Shown here piece after piece: positions 1-9,265 of a DNA stretch of 64,000 nt. The stretch is from positions 29,959 through 93,958 of the forward strand of contig JAYZEG010000066.1 in NCBI GenBank assembly GCA_036337435.1, read 5' to 3'. Every line of letters starts with the position of its first letter. The stretch's first letter is position 1. The notes beneath the pieces were generated by a model. That model ran no database searches, was not told where the DNA came from, and worked only from the letters and a program-made list of their open reading frames with translations. Source of the stretch: Myxococcota bacterium. Its GTDB lineage: Bacteria > Myxococcota_A > Bradymonadia > UBA7976 > UBA1532. A program made the translations under genes and the position numbers.

Positions 1-1080
1 CCATCTGGCTGGCTTTACGCACGGGAACGAAAAACTGGTATCGAAATTAAAAGCCGTGACCTTCTGTGGATCACCCCATCCAACAACGGCACCACCCGCT
101 TTAAAGAATTAGAATGGGGGCACGGAACACCAAAACGTGGACGAGTCGATCGATCTTATGCCGGCGATATTTACATCGCGGTTGGTCGAGACGGTAAGCT
201 TGCGGTTGTCAATGTTTTGAGTGCAGAGCGGTTGCTCGAAGGCGTCGTCCCATCTGAGCTATACACGAGTGCGCCGTTGGAAGCCCTCAAGGCGCAAGCG
301 GTTGCAGCGCGAGGACAGCTCTTGGCCAAAGTCGGAACCCGGCACCGCAGTGATCCCTATCTTCTCTGTGCGGAAACCCATTGCCAGGTTTATTCCGGCA
401 CAGCTAAAAAACATCCGAGAACATCCAGAGCTGTGAAGCAAACGAGAGGCAAGTTACTTTTCTACAAAACCGGTCTGGTGGATACAACCTACAGTTCAAG
501 TTGTGGCGGTCATAGCGAAGCGTTTCATCAGATGTGGGGGGGAACGCCAAAACCCTACTCAATGGGCCTTGTGGATAATGATGCCGCGTCCCAAAAGCCG
601 CTGCTCGAAGGAGAACTCGAAAAATTCCTCAAATCGCCCCCACCATCATTCTGTGGTCAAGCCAAGCGAGGCTCTCGGGTCTTTCGGTGGACCGTGAAGC
701 GAGGTGGTGATGCGGTCACAAAAGCCGTGAACAGCCGAGCTCAGATCGGCGATATTCATCGCATTGAAGTCCTCAAGCGCGGTCATAGCGGCCGAGCCCT
801 TGCGGTGAAGTATCACGGCCAGAATGGGACACATATCGTCCGCGGGAGTTATAACAATCGAAAATTGCTGGGTGGCTTGAGAAGCGGTATGTGGCTCGTT
901 AAAAAAGTTGGAGGCCTTGAATCGAAAGCGCCGCTCCAATGGGTCTTTACTGGGGGTGGCTTTGGGCATGGTGTCGGCATGTGCCAACATGGTGCCATGG
1001 GGATGGCCACATCAGGTCACGATGTCAGTGACATTCTCAAGCACTATTATCCAGGGAGCGAATTGCGAAAAGCCTGGTAA
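1..1080 (+). CDS. SpoIID/LytB domain protein (lytic transglycosylase-like), 5'-truncated by window edge
   Basis: Frame is open from base 1. Motifs GVVPSE, EALKAQAVAAR, CQVY, YSSSCGG and GFGHGVGMCQHGA..ILKHYYPG are characteristic of SpoIID/LytB. Confidence 0.9.
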   Translation, partial: PSGWLYARERKTGIEIKSRDLLWITPSNNGTTRFKELEWGHGTPKRGRVDRSYAGDIYIAVGRDGKLAVVNVLSAERLLEGVVPSELYTSAPLEALKAQAVAARGQLLAKVGTRHRSDPYLLCAETHCQVYSGTAKKHPRTSRAVKQTRGKLLFYKTGLVDTTYSSSCGGHSEAFHQMWGGTPKPYSMGLVDNDAASQKPLLEGELEKFLKSPPPSFCGQAKRGSRVFRWTVKRGGDAVTKAVNSRAQIGDIHRIEVLKRGHSGRALAVKYHGQNGTHIVRGSYNNRKLLGGLRSGMWLVKKVGGLESKAPLQWVFTGGGFGHGVGMCQHGAMGMATSGHDVSDILKHYYPGSELRKAW

Positions 1081-1107
1081 CCCGCAGTAAAATAGTCGGG
1101 GTTCGCC

Positions 1108-3372
1108 CTAGTTCTTCCCGTTGGACTTTGTCCTATTCGGTCTTTTTTTACCGGTTCGTTTTTTGTGCTTTTGGCGAGTAGGAATTCCTGCTGGTTTGGT
1201 CGCGCCTGACCGGCCGTGGGCCAGTGAAAACAAGTGCCGATCCACATACCGTCCCAACGTTTTTTTAAGCGAATCAGAACGCGGTGACCGATGCACTATG
1301 TTCTGAGTCTCACGCGGGTCGTTCTCGAGATCATAGAGTTCAAAAAAGTGGTCTTTCACTCGATAAATCAGCTTAAACTGTCCATCTCTCATCCCAACCT
1401 GATGGGCTGTGTAATTGGAATCTGGCAAAACCTCAAAAAATACCGGTGCTGATCGTTTAATCTTGCCCGCGCGCAATTCCGATGCCCGGCTTTCACCCTC
1501 ATATGCCGACGGGATTCGAAGCCCCAGGAGCTCTAGTAAAGTTGGCGCAAGCTCGATGTGGCCAACCGGCTCATCAACGGTTTGAGCCGACAGCCCAGGC
1601 ATGCGCAGCAGCAGGGGCACGTGTGTCATCTCTTCGTAGAGGGTTTTTCCATGGAACCGATGCCCATGGTCCAAGAACTCGTCGCCATGATCGGCCGTCA
1701 CAATCAAGACGGTGTCCTGCCATAGATGACGTGCCTTGAGTCCGTCGATCAGGCGTCCAATATGGTGGTCAGTATAACGTGCGATGGCTTCATAACGATG
1801 GCGATCCGAGGAACTGGCTGCGTCAAATCCAGGTACCTCAAAGTATGGGTCGTGGGGATCGTAATAATGGCCCCATACGTAGAAAGCATCAGTCTTTGGT
1901 TTGAGTTTTCCGTCACGCCAGCGATCGATGTGTTTTAGAAGTGCATCCGTGAGATGGCTGGACCCTGGTTTGGCACCGTGGACAGTGAAGTGACTGGTAT
2001 CATAATTGGCCACGTGTGTGCCTTGCCTCAGACCACGGACAAAGAAAACCGTCACGTTAGCGAACAAGGCTGTATGCCAACCTGCGTCTCGAAAAACTTC
2101 CGTCATCAATTTCTCGCTGGGAATGGGCGTCTGGTCTCGACCGAGCTTGAGGCGTGAGGGCAGCTTGCTCGTCACTAAGGAGGCGAGACTCCAATAGGTC
2201 GCAGCCCCGTGCGCATATGCGTTGGTGAAATCAACAGACTCTTTGGCGAGCTCCATAAGCCTGGGCATATGCTGACGCATCGTATCATTTCGCAGGGCAT
2301 CGACAGTCAGCAAAATGACGTGTTTTTTATCCAGCGGAAGAGGTTTCCGACGAATGGGTTTCGTCGTCAGAGGCTGGGCAAGCTTGAGATCGCCGCCAAC
2401 ACAGTTTTGGTCGATCCCATCATCAGCAATATCGTACAGACCCGGTCGGACCCCGGCGTTTGCATCATCGCAGTCTCCTCCGAAAAACAAACGGGCACTG
2501 CCGTCTCCATCAGAATCACCAAATTTCGATAGGCCTTTTGCGAGCTGACCCGAGATAAGGGTATCCCGTTGAACCGAGAGCACCTGATTTGGGTCATCCC
2601 GTAAATGTTGAGCTGTGTAGACGAAGCTGGTCAGGCAAATCACCAGAGACACGATTAAAATTCGCATTCTGGTCAATGAACGGCGAGGGACGACTTTGAA
2701 CGATACCAACACGGAAAACAGAAGCCATAAAGCCCCCCATTGAACCCCACGCAGTTCCACGGAACGCAAGGGTCGAATGACCACGGGTATTGAAAACACC
2801 AAAACGATGAAAATCAAAGCCAGAAGCAGGGTGCCACGCGCCTTCAAAAATTCATTTAAAGACCTTTTTCTCATTCCAAGAAAGCGTTGCAGCAGCGTCG
2901 TAGACCATCCGATGACGGGGGCTGAAAACAGCAGTACGAGGAGAGCGACCAGGGCTGATGCCAAGGCCGCTGCCAAGCCGACATATGTGGTGGTCTTAAA
3001 TTGGCTGGCGGCAATTGTGACCACTCGGTAACTGACTAAACCTGTAGCGACAACTCCAAAAGACCCATAGATGGCTGTCAAAAGTAACCGACTCGGGTCA
3101 TTCGGCCCGTCGTTCTGCATCCAACCATGGGTCAAAATGTGCGTGCAAACCAAGACGGCAAAAGCGACTAAGAAGGCAGGCAGGCCGAGGATCCCGGTCA
3201 AGTTGAGTAGCAGCAGAGTCCACTCACCGAAACCAGTGACTGCACCCAAATCGCTCAAGATCAACCGAATCCATTCTAAGGCTGGCAGAACGAGTGCGCT
3301 GATGGCAGAGAGCCAAATGAAGTGTCGAGCGAGCAGGCCCGTTCTGCGCCGTTTCGTCTCGGTCACTTCCAT
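1108..3372 (-). CDS. Membrane-anchored sulfatase/alkaline-phosphatase superfamily enzyme with a CDD..DGIDQNC motif
   Basis: About 7 N-terminal TM segments, GDCDD...DGIDQNC repeat, then VDALR, DPHDPY, ADHG(D)EF.DHG and LYDLENDP.E motifs. Confidence 0.8.
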   Translation of the reverse strand: MEVTETKRRRTGLLARHFIWLSAISALVLPALEWIRLILSDLGAVTGFGEWTLLLLNLTGILGLPAFLVAFAVLVCTHILTHGWMQNDGPNDPSRLLLTAIYGSFGVVATGLVSYRVVTIAASQFKTTTYVGLAAALASALVALLVLLFSAPVIGWSTTLLQRFLGMRKRSLNEFLKARGTLLLALIFIVLVFSIPVVIRPLRSVELRGVQWGALWLLFSVLVSFKVVPRRSLTRMRILIVSLVICLTSFVYTAQHLRDDPNQVLSVQRDTLISGQLAKGLSKFGDSDGDGSARLFFGGDCDDANAGVRPGLYDIADDGIDQNCVGGDLKLAQPLTTKPIRRKPLPLDKKHVILLTVDALRNDTMRQHMPRLMELAKESVDFTNAYAHGAATYWSLASLVTSKLPSRLKLGRDQTPIPSEKLMTEVFRDAGWHTALFANVTVFFVRGLRQGTHVANYDTSHFTVHGAKPGSSHLTDALLKHIDRWRDGKLKPKTDAFYVWGHYYDPHDPYFEVPGFDAASSSDRHRYEAIARYTDHHIGRLIDGLKARHLWQDTVLIVTADHGDEFLDHGHRFHGKTLYEEMTHVPLLLRMPGLSAQTVDEPVGHIELAPTLLELLGLRIPSAYEGESRASELRAGKIKRSAPVFFEVLPDSNYTAHQVGMRDGQFKLIYRVKDHFFELYDLENDPRETQNIVHRSPRSDSLKKTLGRYVDRHLFSLAHGRSGATKPAGIPTRQKHKKRTGKKRPNRTKSNGKN

Positions 3373-4505
3373 TCGAATGCACGTATGTCTGGATGGCGGT
3401 CATACCAACCGAGTAAAAGTTCTGCTATGGGCCCTGATTCGCACGCTGAATACGCCCCCAAGATTTCATCAGCGACAAGCCGACTATTGGGATTGATAAA
3501 CGGTGCCCCAATTCGAAATCCGGGCCAAGGTGATTCTTCAAGTCCGTCTGCATCGGTATCAGGCTCCAATCGCGAATACGGTTCAACGCGATACCACGGC
3601 ACAGCACAGCGATGAACACTGCCTATGAGTTCAGGCTCTCGATCTGTTGGATCGCCAGTCGGTTCTAAGCCGAGTGTAAAGTGCATCAAATCAACATTTG
3701 CCTTGCGCCACGGTTTTGCGACCCGAACAGCCTCCACTGGTCCTTTGAGAACGGCACTACATAAAAGAATCCGTTGTTCGGCATCCGGAATTGTAACTAG
3801 GGGTAGGTCAAGAATTTCGGACATGGCTAGTGCGATCGGGCGGTGATGTGCTCCATCCCCTGCAATGGCATCAAAATGCCAGCGATATTTGTCTTTAAAT
3901 TTACAGAACCTACGAATGGTCTCAGCGATGTGTTTGGGCGTCAGCAACAGGTATCGGTCTCCCCTGAGTCGAACCCCTCCATCACCCAGTGTGCCCAAAA
4001 CCAAAGTCCCGCCGAAGAGGTAGCGGAGAGCCCGGTCGTCATCACTTGGCTCATCGACAAATTCTTTGTAGCGGGGTAACGCACGGCGCAGCTGAATAGC
4101 ACTTGGATCCTCAATGCCGTCCAATGCTTCACCAGCTTCGTCAAACTGACCCAAGGCAAGGTACATACGTCCAATGTTGACTTTGATACTGGGTTCGTCA
4201 CCGTCATCTGCTGCCTGGTAATCTGCGAGGGCTTCCCGATATCGCTTCAAGCGTCCAAAAACATAGGCACGCCATTGAAGAATTTGCTTATCTGAACTGC
4301 GTTCGACCGCAGCATCAAGTAGTGTGACCGCTTCCCTCAATTGGCCACCCAATGCACGTAAGCGGCCCAGTGCCAGAAACGGGTCGGCGAAGCTTGGCTT
4401 CAAGTCGCATGCACGCCGATACTCCTCGATGGCATCGGCCTCGCGATCCTGGAGTTCAAATTGCCAGCCACGTTCAAAATGTTTTCTAGCTAAGCGCTCT
4501 AACAT
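3363..4505 (-). CDS. TPR-repeat protein with a C-terminal PRTase-like domain
   Basis: N-terminal TPR helices (AIEEYRRA..LKP, ALADY). C-terminal FDAIAG..PIALAMSEILDLP..RILL segment. Confidence 0.6.
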   Translation of the reverse strand: MLERLARKHFERGWQFELQDREADAIEEYRRACDLKPSFADPFLALGRLRALGGQLREAVTLLDAAVERSSDKQILQWRAYVFGRLKRYREALADYQAADDGDEPSIKVNIGRMYLALGQFDEAGEALDGIEDPSAIQLRRALPRYKEFVDEPSDDDRALRYLFGGTLVLGTLGDGGVRLRGDRYLLLTPKHIAETIRRFCKFKDKYRWHFDAIAGDGAHHRPIALAMSEILDLPLVTIPDAEQRILLCSAVLKGPVEAVRVAKPWRKANVDLMHFTLGLEPTGDPTDREPELIGSVHRCAVPWYRVEPYSRLEPDTDADGLEESPWPGFRIGAPFINPNSRLVADEILGAYSACESGPIAELLLGWYDRHPDIRAFEWK

Positions 4506-4593
4506 GTGGATGTAGTCACATTGCCAAGACGATACAGTTTCTTATTCGCAAAATTACTTCGGCGCAAGTTCGAAGGCGAATCTCTCGGAATGC

Positions 4594-4622
4594 TTTTCAG
4601 TGAGCAACCACTACGATAAGCT
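4594..4622 (+). promoter_or_regulatory. Putative sigma70 promoter for the kinase gene (probably leaderless)
   Basis: TTTTCA-N17-TAAGCT lies 6 nt before ATG 4629; no SD sequence. Confidence 0.4.
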
Positions 4623-4628
4623 GCCAAC

Positions 4629-7184
4629 ATGATCGAATCTGAAGAATTATTAAGGCGTCTTCGAACTCGAGTCCGGTTGCCACCAGCCACCATGGCCGCC
4701 GTTGAGTCGGCACTCGTGAATGGGCGTCGCGCACCAGAAGAAGTCCTTCAAAAAGCGGGGCTTACACTCGAGCAAATAAATGGTCTGCTGAGTGCTGACC
4801 GACTGGCAGAAGAAAAAGCTCTTCAGGATGCCAGCACGAGTATCACGACCATTCGAGACGAGCCAAGCGTCGATGACCTGGTTGCCCGCCTCGTGGACAT
4901 CACGCCTCGATTCGAATTACAAGGCGAGATTGCCCGAGGAGCGATGGGTCGTATCTTGGCTGCATGGGACCTGCACCTCGGGCGGCCCGTTGCCATCAAA
5001 GTTCTAAAGAAGGCGAGCGCGCGTGACTTGGAGCAGATTCGTTTCCTCGAAGAAGCCCAGGTCACCGGCCAATTACAACACCCAAATATTATGCCGGTGT
5101 ACGAACTAGGCAGACTCCGAGACCAAGTCGCTTTTGTGATGCGCCGAATCGAAGGGCGCAGTCTTAAAACTGTCGTATCTGGACTTCGACGCGGCAAGCC
5201 AGAAATCCGTCGTCAGTTCAGCCAACTCAGGCTGCTGAATGTGTTCCACCAACTGTGTTTGGCTGTTGCCTATGCCCACAGTCGCGGCGTGGTACACCGA
5301 GACTTGAAGCCGTCCAATGTCATGGTCGGTGACTTCGGTGAAGTCGTTCTCTTGGACTGGGGCTTGTGCAAGGTCATCGGTAATGAAACTCGCTCCACTC
5401 GATCAACGAGCGAGCGGTGGAAAACTGTCCACGGGCAAATCATCGGAACACCCGCTTATATGGCCCCTGAGCAAGCAGGCGGTTTGGTGAGTGAGATTAA
5501 TGAGCAAACGGACGTTTATGGTTTAGGCGCGATTTTGTATCATTTGCTGACGCTCCGCCCTCCATTCGTTGGTAAGAACAATCGCGAAATTGTTGCGCGA
5601 GTGCTGCAAGAGGATGTTGTCCCACCGATTGACCGCGCTCCAAACCGGACCATTGCCCCACAATTGAACAACATCTGTATGCGATGTCTTTCGAGAAATG
5701 CCAACGACCGCTATGCGAATGCAACGGCGTTAGCGGAAGCCATTCGGAATTATCTGGACGCTCCGGACACCATGACGGGGCATCCGGGTAGGCAGCCGAG
5801 CGATGCCAGCGTAGATGCCATGGCCCAAGCCGGTATGGCTGCCATCGCACGGCACCAGAGCCTCCTTGAAGATGCAGCGTTGGTCGCCGATGAGCTTCAA
5901 ACGGCTCGCGCCACCTTGGAACCAACCGACCCGGCGGATTTTAAAATCGCAGCGTGGAATGCAGAACGCCGTCTCGGTGAAATACACACTGAGATCGCTG
6001 ATGTTTTTGCTCAAGCGGTCAACGCCTTGATGACCACGGTCATAAAAGACCCCGAATTCACTGATGCTAAAAGCACCCTCTGTGATCTCTACTTGTCTCG
6101 ACACGAGCGCTCTCGACTCGCGGGTAATCAGGAGAAAGCTGCTTATTATCGGCGTATGCTCATGGAACATGATGACGGCAGATTTACCGCGATCATCGCC
6201 AATGAAGGCAGCCTCTATGTCGATGTTGAGCCAAAGAATGCTGATATTGAACTCGTCCGACTCAAAGAAGAGAAACGACGATTTGCTGCAAGCGACATCT
6301 ACCAGCTCGGAGTCCCGCCTGTTCGAAGAGACCCACTGGCTGCCGGCGTTTATGAGCTGCGCATGACAGCCCCAGGCTACGAACAATTGTGCACGACGGT
6401 CGTCATTGATCCGGGCAAGTGCTCTCGACTGCGTTTGCGCATGCTGCCCCAAGGCTTAGTTCCCGCTGGGTTTATTCATATCCCGGCAGGCACATTCCGT
6501 GCTGGGTCTCGCTACGACCCATACTTACCTCCATCGGAGCAAGCGTTACCAGACTACTTCATGGCTCGATACCCAGTGACAGCCGAGAATTATCTCCAAT
6601 TTTTGAATGACCTGTCCGATGATGTTCCGGAAGAGGCGGCAATGCGGGTTCCCCGCACGGCGGACGGTCTGACGGCCCTGTGGGCCCGCGATGAAGCGGG
6701 TCACTACATTTTACCAACAGAACTTGGCTGGACCACCCAGACGCCAATTGTTGGGATTTCGGTCGATGATGCAGCAGCTTACTGTGGCTGGCTGTCCCAT
6801 CGAACAGGTCAAATTTATAGAGTGCCCAGTGAATTGGAGTGGGAGAAAGCAAGTCGAGGTAGCGAGGGGCGCGTCTTTAGCTGGGGAGATGGCTGGGACT
6901 CGGGTTTTGCTGCCTGTGCGGAAAGCTGGCCCTATCAGCTTCCCCCGGACGTCGGTGCCTTCGAGACCGACAGTTCGCCATATGGTATCAGCGATTGCGT
7001 GGGCGGGGTGCGTGAGTGGACCGGCACGGCAGCACTCGGACGTTCTCGGCGTTTCGTCGTCCGGGGCGGATCCTTTAAAACGGGCGATGCAACGGGCCAG
7101 CCACTCTGGACGCGGGAACTCAGCCTCGCCGATACAACAGCCATGGACTTAGGCTTTCGCCTGGTCTGCGAATTGCAACTCTAA
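4629..7184 (+). CDS. Ser/Thr protein kinase fused to PEGA-like and FGE-sulfatase (SUMF1/EgtB-like) domains
   Basis: Kinase motifs ARGAMG, VAIK, HRDLKPSN, DWG, GTPAYMAPE, DVYGLG. C-terminal motifs IPAGTF, YPVT, RVPSELEWEKASRG, SPYG, RGGSF, LGFRLV. Confidence 0.9.
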   Translation: MIESEELLRRLRTRVRLPPATMAAVESALVNGRRAPEEVLQKAGLTLEQINGLLSADRLAEEKALQDASTSITTIRDEPSVDDLVARLVDITPRFELQGEIARGAMGRILAAWDLHLGRPVAIKVLKKASARDLEQIRFLEEAQVTGQLQHPNIMPVYELGRLRDQVAFVMRRIEGRSLKTVVSGLRRGKPEIRRQFSQLRLLNVFHQLCLAVAYAHSRGVVHRDLKPSNVMVGDFGEVVLLDWGLCKVIGNETRSTRSTSERWKTVHGQIIGTPAYMAPEQAGGLVSEINEQTDVYGLGAILYHLLTLRPPFVGKNNREIVARVLQEDVVPPIDRAPNRTIAPQLNNICMRCLSRNANDRYANATALAEAIRNYLDAPDTMTGHPGRQPSDASVDAMAQAGMAAIARHQSLLEDAALVADELQTARATLEPTDPADFKIAAWNAERRLGEIHTEIADVFAQAVNALMTTVIKDPEFTDAKSTLCDLYLSRHERSRLAGNQEKAAYYRRMLMEHDDGRFTAIIANEGSLYVDVEPKNADIELVRLKEEKRRFAASDIYQLGVPPVRRDPLAAGVYELRMTAPGYEQLCTTVVIDPGKCSRLRLRMLPQGLVPAGFIHIPAGTFRAGSRYDPYLPPSEQALPDYFMARYPVTAENYLQFLNDLSDDVPEEAAMRVPRTADGLTALWARDEAGHYILPTELGWTTQTPIVGISVDDAAAYCGWLSHRTGQIYRVPSELEWEKASRGSEGRVFSWGDGWDSGFAACAESWPYQLPPDVGAFETDSSPYGISDCVGGVREWTGTAALGRSRRFVVRGGSFKTGDATGQPLWTRELSLADTTAMDLGFRLVCELQL

Positions 7185-7321
7185 CTAGGGGCACCAAAAC
7201 GACCTTGTGTTGGTCGCTGCACCGTGAGTGGCCTGATTAACGATGCGAGAGACGGTTGGCACTTGTTGTGTGAAGCAGCATCTGGCAACATGTCGAACTA
7301 AGGTTGTTGGGGAAACAGAGA

Positions 7322-8185
7322 ATGGCCGAGCCATACCTGATCGATACGGTCCGCATAAAGACGATGAACGACCAGCTTTGGCGTCGCGTCGGCGTCACTC
7401 AATCCTTTGAGATTCTCCTGGTTGAAGCGGCTTTACTCGGGCCGGGTGTGGCCAATGAGGTCGCGCGTCGAGCCAGTAGCAAACTGAGTGGTGGTGCAGC
7501 TCGATTCTGGGATCTGAGTATCGCACAACTCCAAAAAGATCTATGTCGGCGACGAGTTTTAGTCCTTTCGGATGGGATTCTCCAAGCCCATTCCGACTTC
7601 GCGAGCAAGCTCGATAAAGTGCTTTCTGACCATGAAAGTGCAGTCAGTCGGGTCATGCCAACGCCGGGTGTAACGACGGAGCAGGTGCTCAAAGAAACAG
7701 AAGCGCAAGCCAAAGCGGCGTCCACCAAGAAGAGTGCGCCGAGCAGAAGCAAGAAAGCCCAGCCAACGCCGAGCCGAGAGAGTGCGAGACCACTTAAGCG
7801 TCAGAGTCCAAGCGGAGAGTCAACGGCGGGAGCAAGCCATGCTCCGGTTAAGACGAAACATGTTGACACGCGCCGTTCGGAACTGACCCCTAAGCAGCTC
7901 TTTACATCAAACCGATTGAATCGACTTTTGGATTACCTCGACGACACGACGCTGAGCGTCAATCAGCTCTCAAGTCGACTGGATTTGAGCGGTGGTAATT
8001 TAGACGCCTTGCTCGAGGATACGGGTGCACTACAAATTACACGCGTGAGTCGCGACCGACTGGTCGAACTTCACTGGCGTGGTCGAGAGTTGGTCCGAAC
8101 GGCAGGTGTCGACCGCCGTTTGGCGGTTCTTGATCTCGTCAAGGAATTACGAGAAAAGGCCGACGCGTCCATATCTGAAGAATGA
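7322..8185 (+). CDS. Hypothetical protein; low-complexity linker and possible C-terminal winged-helix domain
   Basis: Long ORF coupled to the next gene by an ATGA overlap. Ser/Lys/Pro-rich linker; LSVNQLSSRLDLSGGNL...LHWRGREL resembles a wHTH. Confidence 0.55.
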   Translation: MAEPYLIDTVRIKTMNDQLWRRVGVTQSFEILLVEAALLGPGVANEVARRASSKLSGGAARFWDLSIAQLQKDLCRRRVLVLSDGILQAHSDFASKLDKVLSDHESAVSRVMPTPGVTTEQVLKETEAQAKAASTKKSAPSRSKKAQPTPSRESARPLKRQSPSGESTAGASHAPVKTKHVDTRRSELTPKQLFTSNRLNRLLDYLDDTTLSVNQLSSRLDLSGGNLDALLEDTGALQITRVSRDRLVELHWRGRELVRTAGVDRRLAVLDLVKELREKADASISEE

Positions 8186-9258
8186 AACCGTCACCGATAA
8201 CACCCATTAATCTGGGACGCTACGTCGTAATTCTTGCGCTTTTGGGCCCCATCACAGCCTTAAGTCAGAATTCCGTTGTTGTTCTTCCGCTGGAAAGCGA
8301 GGCGAGTGACAATGCGACGCAAGACCTAAACGACCAATTGAAAAACGCCATCGAGCGCCAACTGCTGCGGCCTGTTCGAGCCAACATTGAGTTCAGCTTA
8401 GATGAAGCTCGTGTGACCTTTGACTGCGATGAGGAAAATGCACGCTGCATGGCTGAAACAGGGCGGATGTTTCGTACACCCCTTCTCTTCTGGGGCAGTG
8501 TCCGAGGATACGGGCCTTTCGTCCTCTCACTCAGTGGCCTCGATGTCGCGAGGGAATCGATTAGCTATTCAATTACTGTTCAGTTTGAGACAGTCGCCGC
8601 GATGGCCAAGGCGATGGATGATGTTGTCAAGTCTCTCATCAATGGGACAGAATATCGTCCCCGAGACCGCTTGACCGCCATCACGAGCGAACCAGCTGAT
8701 GCGAATGTTTTTTTAAACGGCGAATTAATTGGGCAGACACCATTGAGCTATAATTTGGTCAACCGGGAGGGCAGCCGGTTGGTCATTAAGAAGGGCCGAT
8801 ATACCACGGCGAGTCGAACCATCGAGGATCCATACGGTGATGTGCCCATTCATTTTGTTCTAGAACGAGTCCCTATTTTCCAATCGGAAGAGTCCGAGAG
8901 TGACGTCGAAGATCAGGGGCTCCGTAGACCCGCTTGGCCATTAGTATTGGCAATCACCGGCAGTGCCGCCGGGGCGATTGGGCTGGGCGTCGGAAGCTAC
9001 TATGGCCTGGAAAATCAAAGATTGGAAAAGGAGATGCAAGCTAACATTGCGTCCCAAGCATCCAATGCCGACAAGCGCTCTGTCGACTTGGTCCTGAGGC
9101 AAGATTTTGAACAGAGTCAGTTGATGGCGAACATAAGCTTCGGCATCGGTGCTGCCGCATTAATCGCCGGCGCCTATGGTTTCTACGAGTATTTAAAGAA
9201 CCCTGAAGCCACGGTGCTTGTCGAAGCTGACCGACTCCTCTTCGAGGTCCGTTTCTAG
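8182..9258 (+). CDS. Secreted/membrane PEGA domain protein
   Basis: Signal peptide, ITSEPADANVFLNGELIGQTP PEGA motif, and C-terminal Gly-rich hydrophobic hairpin. Confidence 0.8.
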   Translation: MKPSPITPINLGRYVVILALLGPITALSQNSVVVLPLESEASDNATQDLNDQLKNAIERQLLRPVRANIEFSLDEARVTFDCDEENARCMAETGRMFRTPLLFWGSVRGYGPFVLSLSGLDVARESISYSITVQFETVAAMAKAMDDVVKSLINGTEYRPRDRLTAITSEPADANVFLNGELIGQTPLSYNLVNREGSRLVIKKGRYTTASRTIEDPYGDVPIHFVLERVPIFQSEESESDVEDQGLRRPAWPLVLAITGSAAGAIGLGVGSYYGLENQRLEKEMQANIASQASNADKRSVDLVLRQDFEQSQLMANISFGIGAAALIAGAYGFYEYLKNPEATVLVEADRLLFEVRF

Positions 9259-9265
9259 ACGACTT

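Noticed and set aside
5350..5362. DWG instead of DFG in the kinase
   Set aside because: This is a common variant in myxobacterial and planctomycete Ser/Thr kinases and does not indicate inactivity.
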